In this document: one piece after another, positions 11,098-19,358 of the stretch
How positions within the stretch are numbered: position 1 is the first letter of the stretch
How the letters are laid out: each line of letters begins with the position of its first letter
From: an uncultured Candidatus Saccharibacteria bacterium
GTDB taxonomy: Bacteria > Patescibacteriota > Doudnabacteria > UBA920
NCBI GenBank assembly: GCA_964453265.1
Contig: CAYVNU010000003.1
Location: forward strand, 3,957-67,956
Length of the DNA stretch: 64,000 nt
Reading direction: 5' to 3'
Translations under genes and position numbers: made by a program
Notes under the pieces: generated by a model
Databases searched by the model: none
What the model was told of the DNA's origin: nothing
Seen by the model: only the letters and a program-made list of their open reading frames with translations

Positions 11098-12612
11098 ATT
11101 TAGTTCTTCTTTCGCTACGCTTACTTCGTCCCATTCTATGCGATGGTTCCCGGGCAAAACCAAAAATTGTTCGCTACCCTTGCCGGTAATTAAAACAATA
11201 TCATTTTCTTTAGCCAGTTTCAACGCTTCAGCTATGGCATAACGCCTGTCTAAATGCCGCTCTATCCTTTTCTCTTTTCTCTTTTCTCTTAGAACTGTAT
11301 TTATTCCCTCTTCAATATCTTCCGCTATTCTTTCCGGATCACTATCATACACATCGTCGTTGGTGATTATAATGGTGTCAGCAATTTGTGCGGAAATTTG
11401 TCCAAATAAAAATCTTTTTTGCACATCGCGGTGCCCGCCCGTTGAACCAAATACATGGATTAATTTGTTGTGAGGCAAGCTACTTGCAGCCATTAGCGCT
11501 GCTTTTATAGAAACCGGTTCGCAACCATAGTCTACAAAAATTTTAAAGCCTCTATTATTTTCCACTTCTTCCATTCTCCCGCGAATTTTTGTAAAGGTAG
11601 ATATTGCTTTAGCCGAGTCTTCTAATTTTATACCAAGCTGGTTGGCTGTGACCGTAGCAAGCAATGCATTGTACAAATTAAATTCGCCGGGCAGTTTAAC
11701 TTGAAAAGTTACATTGCCAATTTGAAATCCGTCATTCAATTTATTCGCCTTAATATAACTAACCCCCTCTAACTCCCGCTTTGACAAGGGGGAGGATTCA
11801 GAATTCCCCTCCTCTTTAAAGGAGGGGTTAGGGGAGGTTATATTTAATCTGGTTGATATTTTTTTCTCCGCATTAAACTGTAAAAACCACTCAGCATTTT
11901 CATCATCCCCATTCACAATAATAGTTTTGCTGACTTGCTTACCGGCTGACACGCTTACCAGCTTACTCGCTGACTCACTTACCGCTTCAAACAACTTTCC
12001 TTTCGCCTTTCTATAATTTTCAAACCCGCCGTGCGCTTCTATGTGAGCGTGAGACAAATTAGTTAAAACTGCTAAGTCAAACTTTATTCCCAAATGTCTG
12101 TTTTGCGCCAAGCCCTCCGACGTACATTCCACCACTGCGTATTTACAACCGTTATTTAAAATTTGTCTAAGCTGTTTTTGTAAAAGCCACCCGCCCGGCA
12201 TACTTAAACCGTGTTTGTTTATATATTCCGTTTTCCCGTCAAAAAAACTTACGGTGGTAATAAACCCCGCTCCACTTTTTATTGTACTTTTTACGTTTGT
12301 GTCTTTTGTGCTTAATTCCATAGCAACCTGATCACTACTTTTAACATCTGAAAAGTGGGGCGGGGTAAACCCACAACTCTGCTTTCCCTCCTCTCCCTTA
12401 AGGGGAGAGGCTGGGTGAGGGTGGTAATTTAAAATGCTCGATAACATCTGCACCGTAGTCGACTTCCCTGCCGTTCCAGTAACTCCTACTACAATCATTT
12501 TTGATGACGGATTACCAAAATACCAACTCGCCACAATAGCTAAAAACCCGTGGTAATACGGGCGTAAAAATTTAAGTACTGTATTGGGAATAATTTTTTT
12601 TATTAAATTCAT
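11062..12612 (-). CDS. murE: Mur ligase family protein, MurE-like (UDP-MurNAc-tripeptide synthetase) carrying in-frame palindromic-element insertions
   Basis: VGVTGTAGKSTT P-loop, LTNLSHAHIEAHGGFENYRKAKGKLF, C-terminal FGSTGGHRDVQKR and ITGKGSEQFL; two inserted segments (HPHPASPLKGEEGKQSC and PSFKEEGNSESSPLSKRELEG) encoded by palindromic repeats. Confidence 0.8.
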   Translation of the reverse strand: MNLIKKIIPNTVLKFLRPYYHGFLAIVASWYFGNPSSKMIVVGVTGTAGKSTTVQMLSSILNYHPHPASPLKGEEGKQSCGFTPPHFSDVKSSDQVAMELSTKDTNVKSTIKSGAGFITTVSFFDGKTEYINKHGLSMPGGWLLQKQLRQILNNGCKYAVVECTSEGLAQNRHLGIKFDLAVLTNLSHAHIEAHGGFENYRKAKGKLFEAVSESASKLVSVSAGKQVSKTIIVNGDDENAEWFLQFNAEKKISTRLNITSPNPSFKEEGNSESSPLSKRELEGVSYIKANKLNDGFQIGNVTFQVKLPGEFNLYNALLATVTANQLGIKLEDSAKAISTFTKIRGRMEEVENNRGFKIFVDYGCEPVSIKAALMAASSLPHNKLIHVFGSTGGHRDVQKRFLFGQISAQIADTIIITNDDVYDSDPERIAEDIEEGINTVLREKRKEKRIERHLDRRYAIAEALKLAKENDIVLITGKGSEQFLVLPGNHRIEWDEVSVAKEELNKNDKNDKNEQN

Positions 12613-13646
12613 CTTTTAAACACTCTATTAACCGCTCTTAACAAACCATAAAGCCAATATTCAAAAGGCTTAAAAATTATATCATAAGCGCCCGCATATT
12701 CCTTAATAGCATTTTCTAATGTTGAAAAGCCTAATTTAAACCGCACAAACCCTGGCGTGTCCCCGCCCGCAGTTTCTATACCCCAAAAATCGTATTCAGT
12801 AAGACCTGCTACTTTTGCATCTAACATAGCCTTAAAATGAAGTAAGTACGGCGCCATAAGATTTTTATTTTGGTCTGAGGATCCGCCAAATAAATAAGTA
12901 CGGGTTTTTCCGTAGTCTATTATTATTGCGCTGGCTAGCAGTTGCTTGTTGTAAAGCGCCTTATATACATGCAGTTTTAAATCGCCCTGCGGATTCTGAA
13001 TTGCAAAATAGCTAATTAATTTTTCAAAATAGTCTGGGCTTTGCGCTTTATAGCCCTGCCTCTGGGAAGTTTTAGCTATTAATTCTACAGCTTCTTTAGC
13101 TAAAAGTCCTTTGCCGTTTACTAAATGAAATTCGTCTTTAATTTCTACGCCATGTTTTTGCGCTAAGCGAATATTGTAACGCGTCTTATGATGCATGTCC
13201 GCCAAAAGCTCTTCCTCGCTTTTAGTTAAATCTATAACAAGTGTTTTCCCCGGTTGAATATTTTTGGTTTTGCTAACTTGCTTATTTGCTAACTTGCTTA
13301 TTTGTCCCTCTTCTTTAGGCTCTACTCTAATAAAAACCGCATCCACAAATTTCTTTTGCAATCCCTGCAGCAACTCGTCACATGTTACCCGTAACCCGTC
13401 ACCTATTATTGGTCCATAAGGCGCATATAGATAATATTTACCAAAAGGTAAAGACATTTTTATTAACTGCGCTACCCCTACGGTCTCCCCGCTTTCAACT
13501 TGCAACTTTAATCTTGTAACTTGCCGCCCAAGGCCGACCTGCCAGTCGCCCCATTCCCAACTTTGCAAAAAACTGCCCGCTTCTTGGGCAGCAACAAAAT
13601 TATTGTATTCGATTTTTTCATTCTCTAATAATTCCTTAAGCTGCAT
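12609..13646 (-). CDS. FemAB-family aminoacyltransferase (peptidoglycan interpeptide bridge formation)
   Basis: 345 aa, SWEWGDWQ N-terminal motif and overall FemX/FemAB-like layout; 4-nt overlap with upstream Mur ligase gene suggests operon. Confidence 0.6.
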   Translation of the reverse strand: MQLKELLENEKIEYNNFVAAQEAGSFLQSWEWGDWQVGLGRQVTRLKLQVESGETVGVAQLIKMSLPFGKYYLYAPYGPIIGDGLRVTCDELLQGLQKKFVDAVFIRVEPKEEGQISKLANKQVSKTKNIQPGKTLVIDLTKSEEELLADMHHKTRYNIRLAQKHGVEIKDEFHLVNGKGLLAKEAVELIAKTSQRQGYKAQSPDYFEKLISYFAIQNPQGDLKLHVYKALYNKQLLASAIIIDYGKTRTYLFGGSSDQNKNLMAPYLLHFKAMLDAKVAGLTEYDFWGIETAGGDTPGFVRFKLGFSTLENAIKEYAGAYDIIFKPFEYWLYGLLRAVNRVFKR

Positions 13647-13696
13647 ATTTTGAAATTTTGTGTCTATAAATCTTGGTCAATTCTGGTCAATTAAAA

Positions 13697-14251
13697 TTAC
13701 TTTCCAAGTAATTTTAACGCCTGCTTTATTTGCTCGCCCGTAGTTGCCACTGCATCTAACTTGTTAATTATGCTTCTCACTTCATTTTGCTTATACCCTA
13801 AAGCAATAAGTGCATCAAACACCTCACTGCTTCCACCTGTCACCCGTAACCCGTCACCCGTCACTTTTCCTTTTAGCTCCACTATTATTTTCTCCGCTGT
13901 CTTAGTCCCCACTCCCGAAATACGTGTAAAAATTCCGGCATCTTGGTTTGCAATCGCAGATTTTACCGCATCTACCCTTGCTGACGATAGTATAGCTAAA
14001 GCGACTTTCGGACCTACCCCCGAAACAGTAATAAGCATTTCAAAAAACTGCAAAGTGTTAAAGTCAGACAAACCAAAAAGACTCTGTCCGTCCTCGGAAA
14101 CTTTGTGATATATATAGAGCGAAAGACTATGGCCAATTCTGCTTTCTAAAACTTCCGGCGTTACAAAAACCTTATAACCTACGCCTTGATTTTCAAGGAT
14201 TATAAAGTTAGTAGCCTTCTCTAATATTTTTCCTTGCAAAAAAGCAATCAT
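13697..14251 (-). CDS. ruvA: Holliday junction branch migration protein RuvA
   Basis: 184 aa, MIAFLQGKI start, helix-hairpin-helix GVGPKVALAIL motifs; contains in-frame GDGLRVT repeat insert. Confidence 0.9.
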   Translation of the reverse strand: MIAFLQGKILEKATNFIILENQGVGYKVFVTPEVLESRIGHSLSLYIYHKVSEDGQSLFGLSDFNTLQFFEMLITVSGVGPKVALAILSSARVDAVKSAIANQDAGIFTRISGVGTKTAEKIIVELKGKVTGDGLRVTGGSSEVFDALIALGYKQNEVRSIINKLDAVATTGEQIKQALKLLGK

Positions 14252-14376
14252 AAGCTATGAAATTTTAATTAATACAAATCTATAAATGACTACAAAATAA
14301 TCCATTACAAATTCGTAGTTATTTGTAGCGCCCCCATTTAGTAGATTCGTAGTTATTCTACCACCTCCCAAAGCCG

Positions 14377-14405
14377 TTGACAAAAGGCTTAAATTAGCGT
14401 ATACT
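14377..14405 (+). promoter_or_regulatory. consensus sigma-70 promoter TTGACA-N17-TATACT driving the structured RNA locus
   Basis: ttgaca 14377-14382, exact 17-nt spacer, tatact 14400-14405; predicted TSS near 14413. Confidence 0.65.
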
Positions 14406-14413
14406 TTTGCCAA

Positions 14414-14931
14414 CCTGAGTTGGGGGGATTAGCACTGGTGGTCAGCCATGATCATCAGCTTACCCCTCAAGCTCAAGCCAGCTGGCCTTTAGAAGCAGGG
14501 TCAGTTGGCAACGGCAGTCCTACGAGCAATAAGCCTCAGACGTAGGACTGCCGGTAAAAGTTTTAAAAGCCGCAAGCACTGGCTTGCGGCAGGGCACGAC
14601 TAGAACGCAAAGTTCTAGCATCTGAATCGAATATTCAGAGATGAACACACCAAACCCACCATCGGGATTCCCGTCCCAAGTGTGTTCATCCGCCCTTTGA
14701 GGATTCGGCGCGCCTGACAGATCAGGAGCAGGTGTGCCGAGCTGCGGCCAGGTTCCCATTAATTTGGGGAGTTAAAACTCGAGCTCAGAGCTCACCAGCC
14801 GCAGCAAAAAATTAAGGAGGAAAAAATTTTTTGGCCCCTAAAAAGGGCCGATCGGGGGATGAGCATGCAATGGTGCATGCGCTTGCCCTGGGGGCAAGAG
14901 AAAGCGGGTTCAAATCCCCTATCCCCTACCA
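14414..14931 (+). ncRNA. GC-rich highly structured non-coding RNA of uncertain class (candidate tmRNA/ssrA; alternatively unknown sRNA co-transcribed with a tRNA-like gene)
   Basis: About 55-60% GC in a 35-40% GC genome; many perfect local hairpins (13-bp cggcagtcctacg/cgtaggactgccg, 11-bp gatgaacacac/gtgtgttcatc, 9-bp gccgcaagc/gcttgcggc); starts GGGGGAT right after the promoter and ends with T-arm GGTTCAAATCC, acceptor strand ATCCCCT, A73 and CCA; followed by intrinsic terminator; no conserved RNase P or SRP motifs seen. Confidence 0.45.
14854..14931 (+). tRNA. tRNA-like module (cloverleaf with UGG Pro-like anticodon but C at position 33 and one T-stem mismatch; encoded CCA)
   Basis: 7-bp acceptor stem gggggat/atcccct (G1-U72), D-stem gcat/atgc with GG in loop, anticodon stem cttgc/gcaag, loop cctgggg, canonical T-loop gTTCAAATc, discriminator A, CCA 14929-14931; non-canonical C33 keeps confidence low; may instead be the tRNA-like domain of a tmRNA. 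Confidence 0.4.
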
Positions 14932-14993
14932 GTTTTAGGAGTTCGCCTGAGCATTTTTTGCTCGCACTCCAAAAAATTTATCCTCCTCCTTGA

Positions 14994-15028
14994 GGGCGGC
15001 CAGCAACCAGCTGGTCGCCCTTTTTTTT
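14994..15028 (+). terminator. rho-independent terminator after the RNA locus
   Basis: gggcggccagc-aacc-agctggtcgccc stem followed by TTTTTTTT. Confidence 0.75.
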
Positions 15029-15100
15029 ATTCTCACCACTTTATGTGGCTTTTTTTAATTGTAGAAAAATGTTAAAATGAAAATTGGTCATTAATTAACC

Positions 15101-15250
15101 TATTTGTCGTATTAGTCTTATACGTCCTATAGGTCTTATGTGTCCCATAAGACCTATCCGTCCAATTTGTCCTATAAGTCTTAATAAGTCCTATTTGCCT
15201 TATAAGACTTATCAAGCTGTCCGTCCTATCAAGTCCCGTCCTATACAATT
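15101..15250. repeat. array of palindromic GTCCTAT(A/T)AG(A/G)TCTTAT-type repeats upstream of uvrB (candidate operator array)
   Basis: at least six gtcctat copies, embedded palindromes cctatagg, cttataag and aggtcttatg-N4-cataagacct; a related copy at 45345-45382. Confidence 0.6.
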
Positions 15251-15373
15251 TAAGCTTACTTCAAAATTCCAATCCTCCTTCGCCAAGGCTTCCAACTTCG
15301 CCAAGGCTACGTCGGACGAGTCGGCGGACCTATCGTAATAAATTACATCCGATAATAATCGGAGTTTAGTTTT

Positions 15374-17437
15374 ATGAATAAATTTGTACTAAAATCTAAA
15401 TTTAAGCCCGCCGGAGATCAGCCACGCGCGATTGAGGGTCTTTTAAAGTCGCTTAAAGCAAAAAACCGTTTTCAAACTCTACTTGGCGTTACAGGTAGCG
15501 GCAAGACTTTTACTATGGCCAACATAGTAGAAAAAATTCAAAAACCCACACTAATTATTTCCCACAACAAAACCTTAGCCGCGCAACTTGCCGCGGAATT
15601 TCAAGAATTTTTCCCAGACAACGCGGTTCACTATTTTGTCTCGTATTACGATTATTATCAGCCAGAAGCCTACATCCCCCGTTCAGATACCTACATAGAA
15701 AAAGATACCCAAATAAATGAAGAGATCGATCGTTTGAGAAACGCTGCCACCCAAAGTCTTTTGTCTAGAAAAGATGTTTTAATAGTAGCATCTGTTTCCT
15801 GCATTTACGGTCTTGGCGACCCGGCTAACTATTTAGATTTGGCAATGAGTTTTAAAGAAGGAAAGGATTATAAACGAGACAAGTTACTTAGAAGACTAAC
15901 AGATTTACAGTACCACCGTAACGACACAGAACTAGTGCGCGGCACTTACCGCGTGCAAGGTGATGTAGTAGAAATTATCCTTTCGAGCGAAGACACCATT
16001 ATTCTAATGGATTTTTTTGGCGACACGCTAGAAAAAATAGAAAGATTGGATGCCGTAAGTGGACACAAAATAGAAACCTTAGAAGAATTTACCATTTTTC
16101 CCGCTAAGCACTTTGTCACGCCCGAAGAAAAACTAAAAGCTGCTACAGAAAATATTCGTGCAGAAATGTTAGACCGAGTAAAATATTTTAAGTCCCAAAA
16201 CAAACTTATAGAGGCTCAAAGAATAGAACAACGTACAAACTTTGACTTAGAAATGTTAAGTAATACAGGCTTTGTTTCCGGTATAGAAAACTACTCTAGG
16301 CAAATAGAAGGGCGTGAAGCGGGCTCTGCTCCGTCTACTTTAATTGACTACTTTCCCGACGACTTTTTACTTTTTGTAGACGAGTCACATCAAACTATTC
16401 CGCAAATTGGCGCTATGTACGAGGGCGACAAGTCGCGCAAAACCAACTTGGTTGACTACGGTTTCAGACTCCCCTCTGCGCTCGACAACCGTCCGCTTAA
16501 GTTTGATGAATTTGAAAAGAAAATTAATCAAGTCGTTTTTGTTTCAGCAACGCCGGCGCCTTTTGAAATTTTAGCCTCTGTAAACCAAAAAATTCCTAAA
16601 AAGGTTGAGGGTGAAAAATTAATGGTTACCGATGTTAAGCAGACAGACACTATAGTCGAGCAGTTAATAAGACCGACCGGCCTACTCGACCCCACCATAG
16701 AAATAAAGCCCATAAAAAACCAGGTTGATGATTTAATAGAACGCATACATGAACGTATAAAAAAACATCAACGCGTGTTGGTTGCCACACTAACTAAACG
16801 CATGGCCGAGGAACTAACCGAGTACTTAAAAGAAGACGGAGTAAAAGTGCAGTACCTGCACAGCGATGTAGATACTTTTGAACGTTTAGAGATTTTGCGC
16901 GATTTAAGACTTGGCGTTTTCGATGTTTTAGTCGGCATTAACTTACTCAGAGAAGGTTTAGATTTACCCGAAGTTTCTTTAGTTGCAATTCTAGATGCGG
17001 ACAAAGAAGGATTCCTTCGCTCTGAAACTTTCTTTATGCAAATGATGGGCAGAGCAGCGCGTCACCTTGAAGGTCATGTTGTAATGTACGCAGATAGAAT
17101 TACAGGAAGTATGCAAAGAGGGATTGATGAAACCACCCGCAGAAGAAAAATCCAAGAAGCCTACAATAAAAAACACGGTATAACCCCCAAAGGCATACAA
17201 AAAGCTATTGCCGATTCGCGCATGGCAGGCCAAAGGTCCCCCGAAGCTTTAGCGGAGGGGGAAAGCAAACTATATCGTGACCCAAGCCGTATGGACAAAG
17301 AAGAACTAAAATTCTACCTCCACGAACTAGAAGAACAGATGGATTTAGCAGCAAAAAATTTGGAGTTTGAGACAGCCGCAAAGATTCGCGATAGAATTGA
17401 AGAAATAAAAACCTTAAAACGTTTGAGTAAAAAATAA
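15374..17437 (+). CDS. uvrB: excinuclease ABC subunit B
   Basis: 687 aa, GVTGSGKTFTMANI Walker A, UvrB helicase motifs and C-terminal UVR domain (EFETAAKIRDRIEEIK). Confidence 0.97.
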   Translation: MNKFVLKSKFKPAGDQPRAIEGLLKSLKAKNRFQTLLGVTGSGKTFTMANIVEKIQKPTLIISHNKTLAAQLAAEFQEFFPDNAVHYFVSYYDYYQPEAYIPRSDTYIEKDTQINEEIDRLRNAATQSLLSRKDVLIVASVSCIYGLGDPANYLDLAMSFKEGKDYKRDKLLRRLTDLQYHRNDTELVRGTYRVQGDVVEIILSSEDTIILMDFFGDTLEKIERLDAVSGHKIETLEEFTIFPAKHFVTPEEKLKAATENIRAEMLDRVKYFKSQNKLIEAQRIEQRTNFDLEMLSNTGFVSGIENYSRQIEGREAGSAPSTLIDYFPDDFLLFVDESHQTIPQIGAMYEGDKSRKTNLVDYGFRLPSALDNRPLKFDEFEKKINQVVFVSATPAPFEILASVNQKIPKKVEGEKLMVTDVKQTDTIVEQLIRPTGLLDPTIEIKPIKNQVDDLIERIHERIKKHQRVLVATLTKRMAEELTEYLKEDGVKVQYLHSDVDTFERLEILRDLRLGVFDVLVGINLLREGLDLPEVSLVAILDADKEGFLRSETFFMQMMGRAARHLEGHVVMYADRITGSMQRGIDETTRRRKIQEAYNKKHGITPKGIQKAIADSRMAGQRSPEALAEGESKLYRDPSRMDKEELKFYLHELEEQMDLAAKNLEFETAAKIRDRIEEIKTLKRLSKK

Positions 17438-17484
17438 AAAAACAAAGATGACCATTGCACTGTGCGATGGTCATCTTTGTTTTA
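17438..17484. terminator. bidirectional rho-independent terminator
   Basis: caaagatgaccat-loop-atggtcatctttg 13-bp stem with flanking A and T runs between convergent uvrB and TrmB-like gene. Confidence 0.75.
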
Positions 17485-17493
17485 AATGTAAAT

Positions 17494-18249
17494 CTACTTT
17501 CCTACTACCCTCTCATACTTCTCCGCGCTTTGCCAAGCCATTTCAAAAATGGTTTTAAGGGAAGTTACCACGCCTTTGCTGGTAATAACCACGACAAATA
17601 AGTAAGGCGAATAAGAAAAAAAGGCTACACTGTCTTTAAAAAAAACATTGTCGGTTAGAAATTGCATATTTTTTGGCACAAATCTGTTTTCATAAAATTC
17701 GTGCTGCGGCATTTTACGCGCGTGGATTAAGTCTTCCGCACTTTGCGTTAAGAGTTCCCGTACTTTTATTTTTTTTGCCAAAGCCATATTCTTTAATTCG
17801 CCCGGCATATATTCAAACGCACCCATTACGTCGGAAATATTACAAAAAAAATCTACCTCAGGGGAGGCAAAAACTTTTTTGTAAACTTCCAAAACACCCT
17901 CTTTGCCTTCAAACAACTGAATTTGCGGCTTTTCAACTTTTGCGTTATAAAGCGCCAGCATATTCGGCATAAACCTTTTTACCATTTCCTGCTTTTTGTG
18001 TAAGTCCCCTATTATTTTTTCCGGGCTCTCTGCGGTATAGAGAGCTTTTTTTGCGCGTGGCACCACGCTAACCAAACCTTTTTTTACCAACTGTTCCAAA
18101 ATTAAATAGGTAGTCGGCCGCTTTATTTCCGCTTTATTGGAAATGGGGTGCACCGTAGCAGTACCCAATTCCAAAAGCGCCAAATAAACTTGCGCTTCCT
18201 TTTCGTCTAAACCTACTTGTTTTAATACATTTACTATTTCCATGTGCAT
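17494..18249 (-). CDS. TrmB-family transcriptional regulator
   Basis: N-terminal winged-helix LGLDEKEAQVYLALLELGTATVHPISNKAEIKRPTTYLILEQLVKKGLV typical of TrmB sugar-responsive regulators. Confidence 0.7.
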   Translation of the reverse strand: MHMEIVNVLKQVGLDEKEAQVYLALLELGTATVHPISNKAEIKRPTTYLILEQLVKKGLVSVVPRAKKALYTAESPEKIIGDLHKKQEMVKRFMPNMLALYNAKVEKPQIQLFEGKEGVLEVYKKVFASPEVDFFCNISDVMGAFEYMPGELKNMALAKKIKVRELLTQSAEDLIHARKMPQHEFYENRFVPKNMQFLTDNVFFKDSVAFFSYSPYLFVVVITSKGVVTSLKTIFEMAWQSAEKYERVVGK

Positions 18250-18254
18250 TTATT

Positions 18255-18375
18255 CCTTCTCCTTTTAAGGAGAGGGTTAGGGAGAGGTTGAATTCTATAG
18301 ATAGCAACAATACTACATGTCATCCCGGCCTGCGACATTATCCTCCGTAGCTTTAGCGAAGGATGGAGCCGGGAT
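18255..18375. repeat. composite intergenic repeat: palindromic element (family A) plus CCGTAGCWTTAGCGAAGGA element (family B) flanked by atcccggc/gccgggat inverted repeat
   Basis: ccttctccttttaaggagagggttagggagagg at 18255-18287 resembles in-gene copies at 12386-12424 and 62899-62934; ccgtagctttagcgaagga at 18345-18363 matches 24072-24090. Confidence 0.6.
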
Positions 18376-18503
18376 CCAGTTTAATTAGCTATTTCCATTA
18401 TATTCCCCTTTCTCATTTTTGTCAACTTTTCTGACAAATAAATAATACTTAATGAATATACCTATAAACAAAGCTATTTAGTATATTTAATTAGTCATAC
18501 TTA

Positions 18504-18532
18504 TTGACTATATGCTAAATTTATGACATAAT
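18504..18532 (+). promoter_or_regulatory. sigma-70-like promoter TTGACT-N17-CATAAT upstream of GC-rich gene
   Basis: ttgact 18504-18509, 17-nt spacer, cataat 18527-18532. Confidence 0.45.
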
Positions 18533-18644
18533 TGCAAGTTATAAAAAATAACAGTCCAGGGAGCCTGCGGGACTAAAAACTTGGGGTGATACTCTGGCGA
18601 GAGTTTCTAAATACGCGTGACAATCCTGAAGGAGGATTTAAAAA

Positions 18645-19358
18645 ATGCCTGCATATACGATCGCTGACTTCGCCCGGAAACACAAAGGCCTGCGTGTGAT
18701 CGCCCGCCGCCATGCGGTGTACAACAAACCCGTGCTTGGACTGGACGCCCTTACAATGGCTGCGCTCATCTACTCGCGCACCATTGACCCGCAACTTCTT
18801 GGCCTAAGTGCCGAGGGCATGGAACAGATGTACAACCAGGGCGAGCTGCTTGCGGAAATGGGACTTGTTCCTGACCGCATAGTCACAGGCATTGACCTGC
18901 GCAACTGGGAAGGCGGGATGCAAACCGTCGCTGCCATCAAGGCCAAAACCGGCAATGTAGTTCCCTGCCACCGCAGCCCGGCCGTAACCTATCCGTACTA
19001 CGATGCCATGAAGACCGTAGAGGTGTATGAAAAGTACGGTGACCAGGCCGTACACGCTTACCTGTCCGAACAGCCCGGAACGGAAGGACTGTGGACTGAG
19101 TCGGCCGCGGACTTTATGAACCGGATCGAAATGTCAGTTGCGTCAGTAGCGTGGCCGGGAATCACGCTATTTGATCTCAACTTCGAGCAAATGACATTCC
19201 TGCATTTCCACCTTGTCGAGCACCTGCGGCAAGTTGAGATTCCATTTGGCCCCGACGCCTGGTGTCCTAAAAACGGCGGAGGGATCGTCATCGCCAACGA
19301 CGACGCTGTGGGCGAGTTCCACCCGGATCTCACCATGGTTATCAAGATCGTAAGCTAG
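18645..19358 (+). CDS. hypothetical protein encoded on a GC-rich (about 58%) island; likely horizontally acquired
   Basis: 237 aa ORF with strong SD ggagga 8 nt upstream; codon usage/GC sharply different from flanks; many spurious overlapping ORFs in other frames typical of GC-rich DNA; followed by 9-bp-stem hairpin gggagagac/gtctctccc. Confidence 0.6.
   Translation: MPAYTIADFARKHKGLRVIARRHAVYNKPVLGLDALTMAALIYSRTIDPQLLGLSAEGMEQMYNQGELLAEMGLVPDRIVTGIDLRNWEGGMQTVAAIKAKTGNVVPCHRSPAVTYPYYDAMKTVEVYEKYGDQAVHAYLSEQPGTEGLWTESAADFMNRIEMSVASVAWPGITLFDLNFEQMTFLHFHLVEHLRQVEIPFGPDAWCPKNGGGIVIANDDAVGEFHPDLTMVIKIVS

Noticed and set aside
14520-14759. 79-aa minus-strand ORF inside the GC-rich RNA locus
   Set aside because: Lies antisense within a highly structured GC-rich non-coding region, no RBS, proline/glycine-rich junk translation; typical GC-rich artefact
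14414-14830. RNase P RNA, SRP RNA or 6S identity for the structured RNA
   Set aside because: Could not find GGAAAGUCCGG / ACAGAACCCGGCUUA (RNase P) or the GGAAGCAGCC-type SRP domain IV motif; length too long for 6S or 4.5S; left as unclassified/tmRNA candidate
14812-14990. AAGGAGG Shine-Dalgarno paired to CCTCCTCC as a translational riboregulator/T-box
   Set aside because: No plausible ORF within 10 nt downstream of the SD (nearest ATG 39 nt away, yields low-complexity peptide) and a terminator follows; more likely structural pairing within the ncRNA
15138-15338. 66-aa ORF MCPIRPIRPICPI...
   Set aside because: Periodic peptide produced by translating the GTCCTAT repeat array; no RBS; uvrB leader
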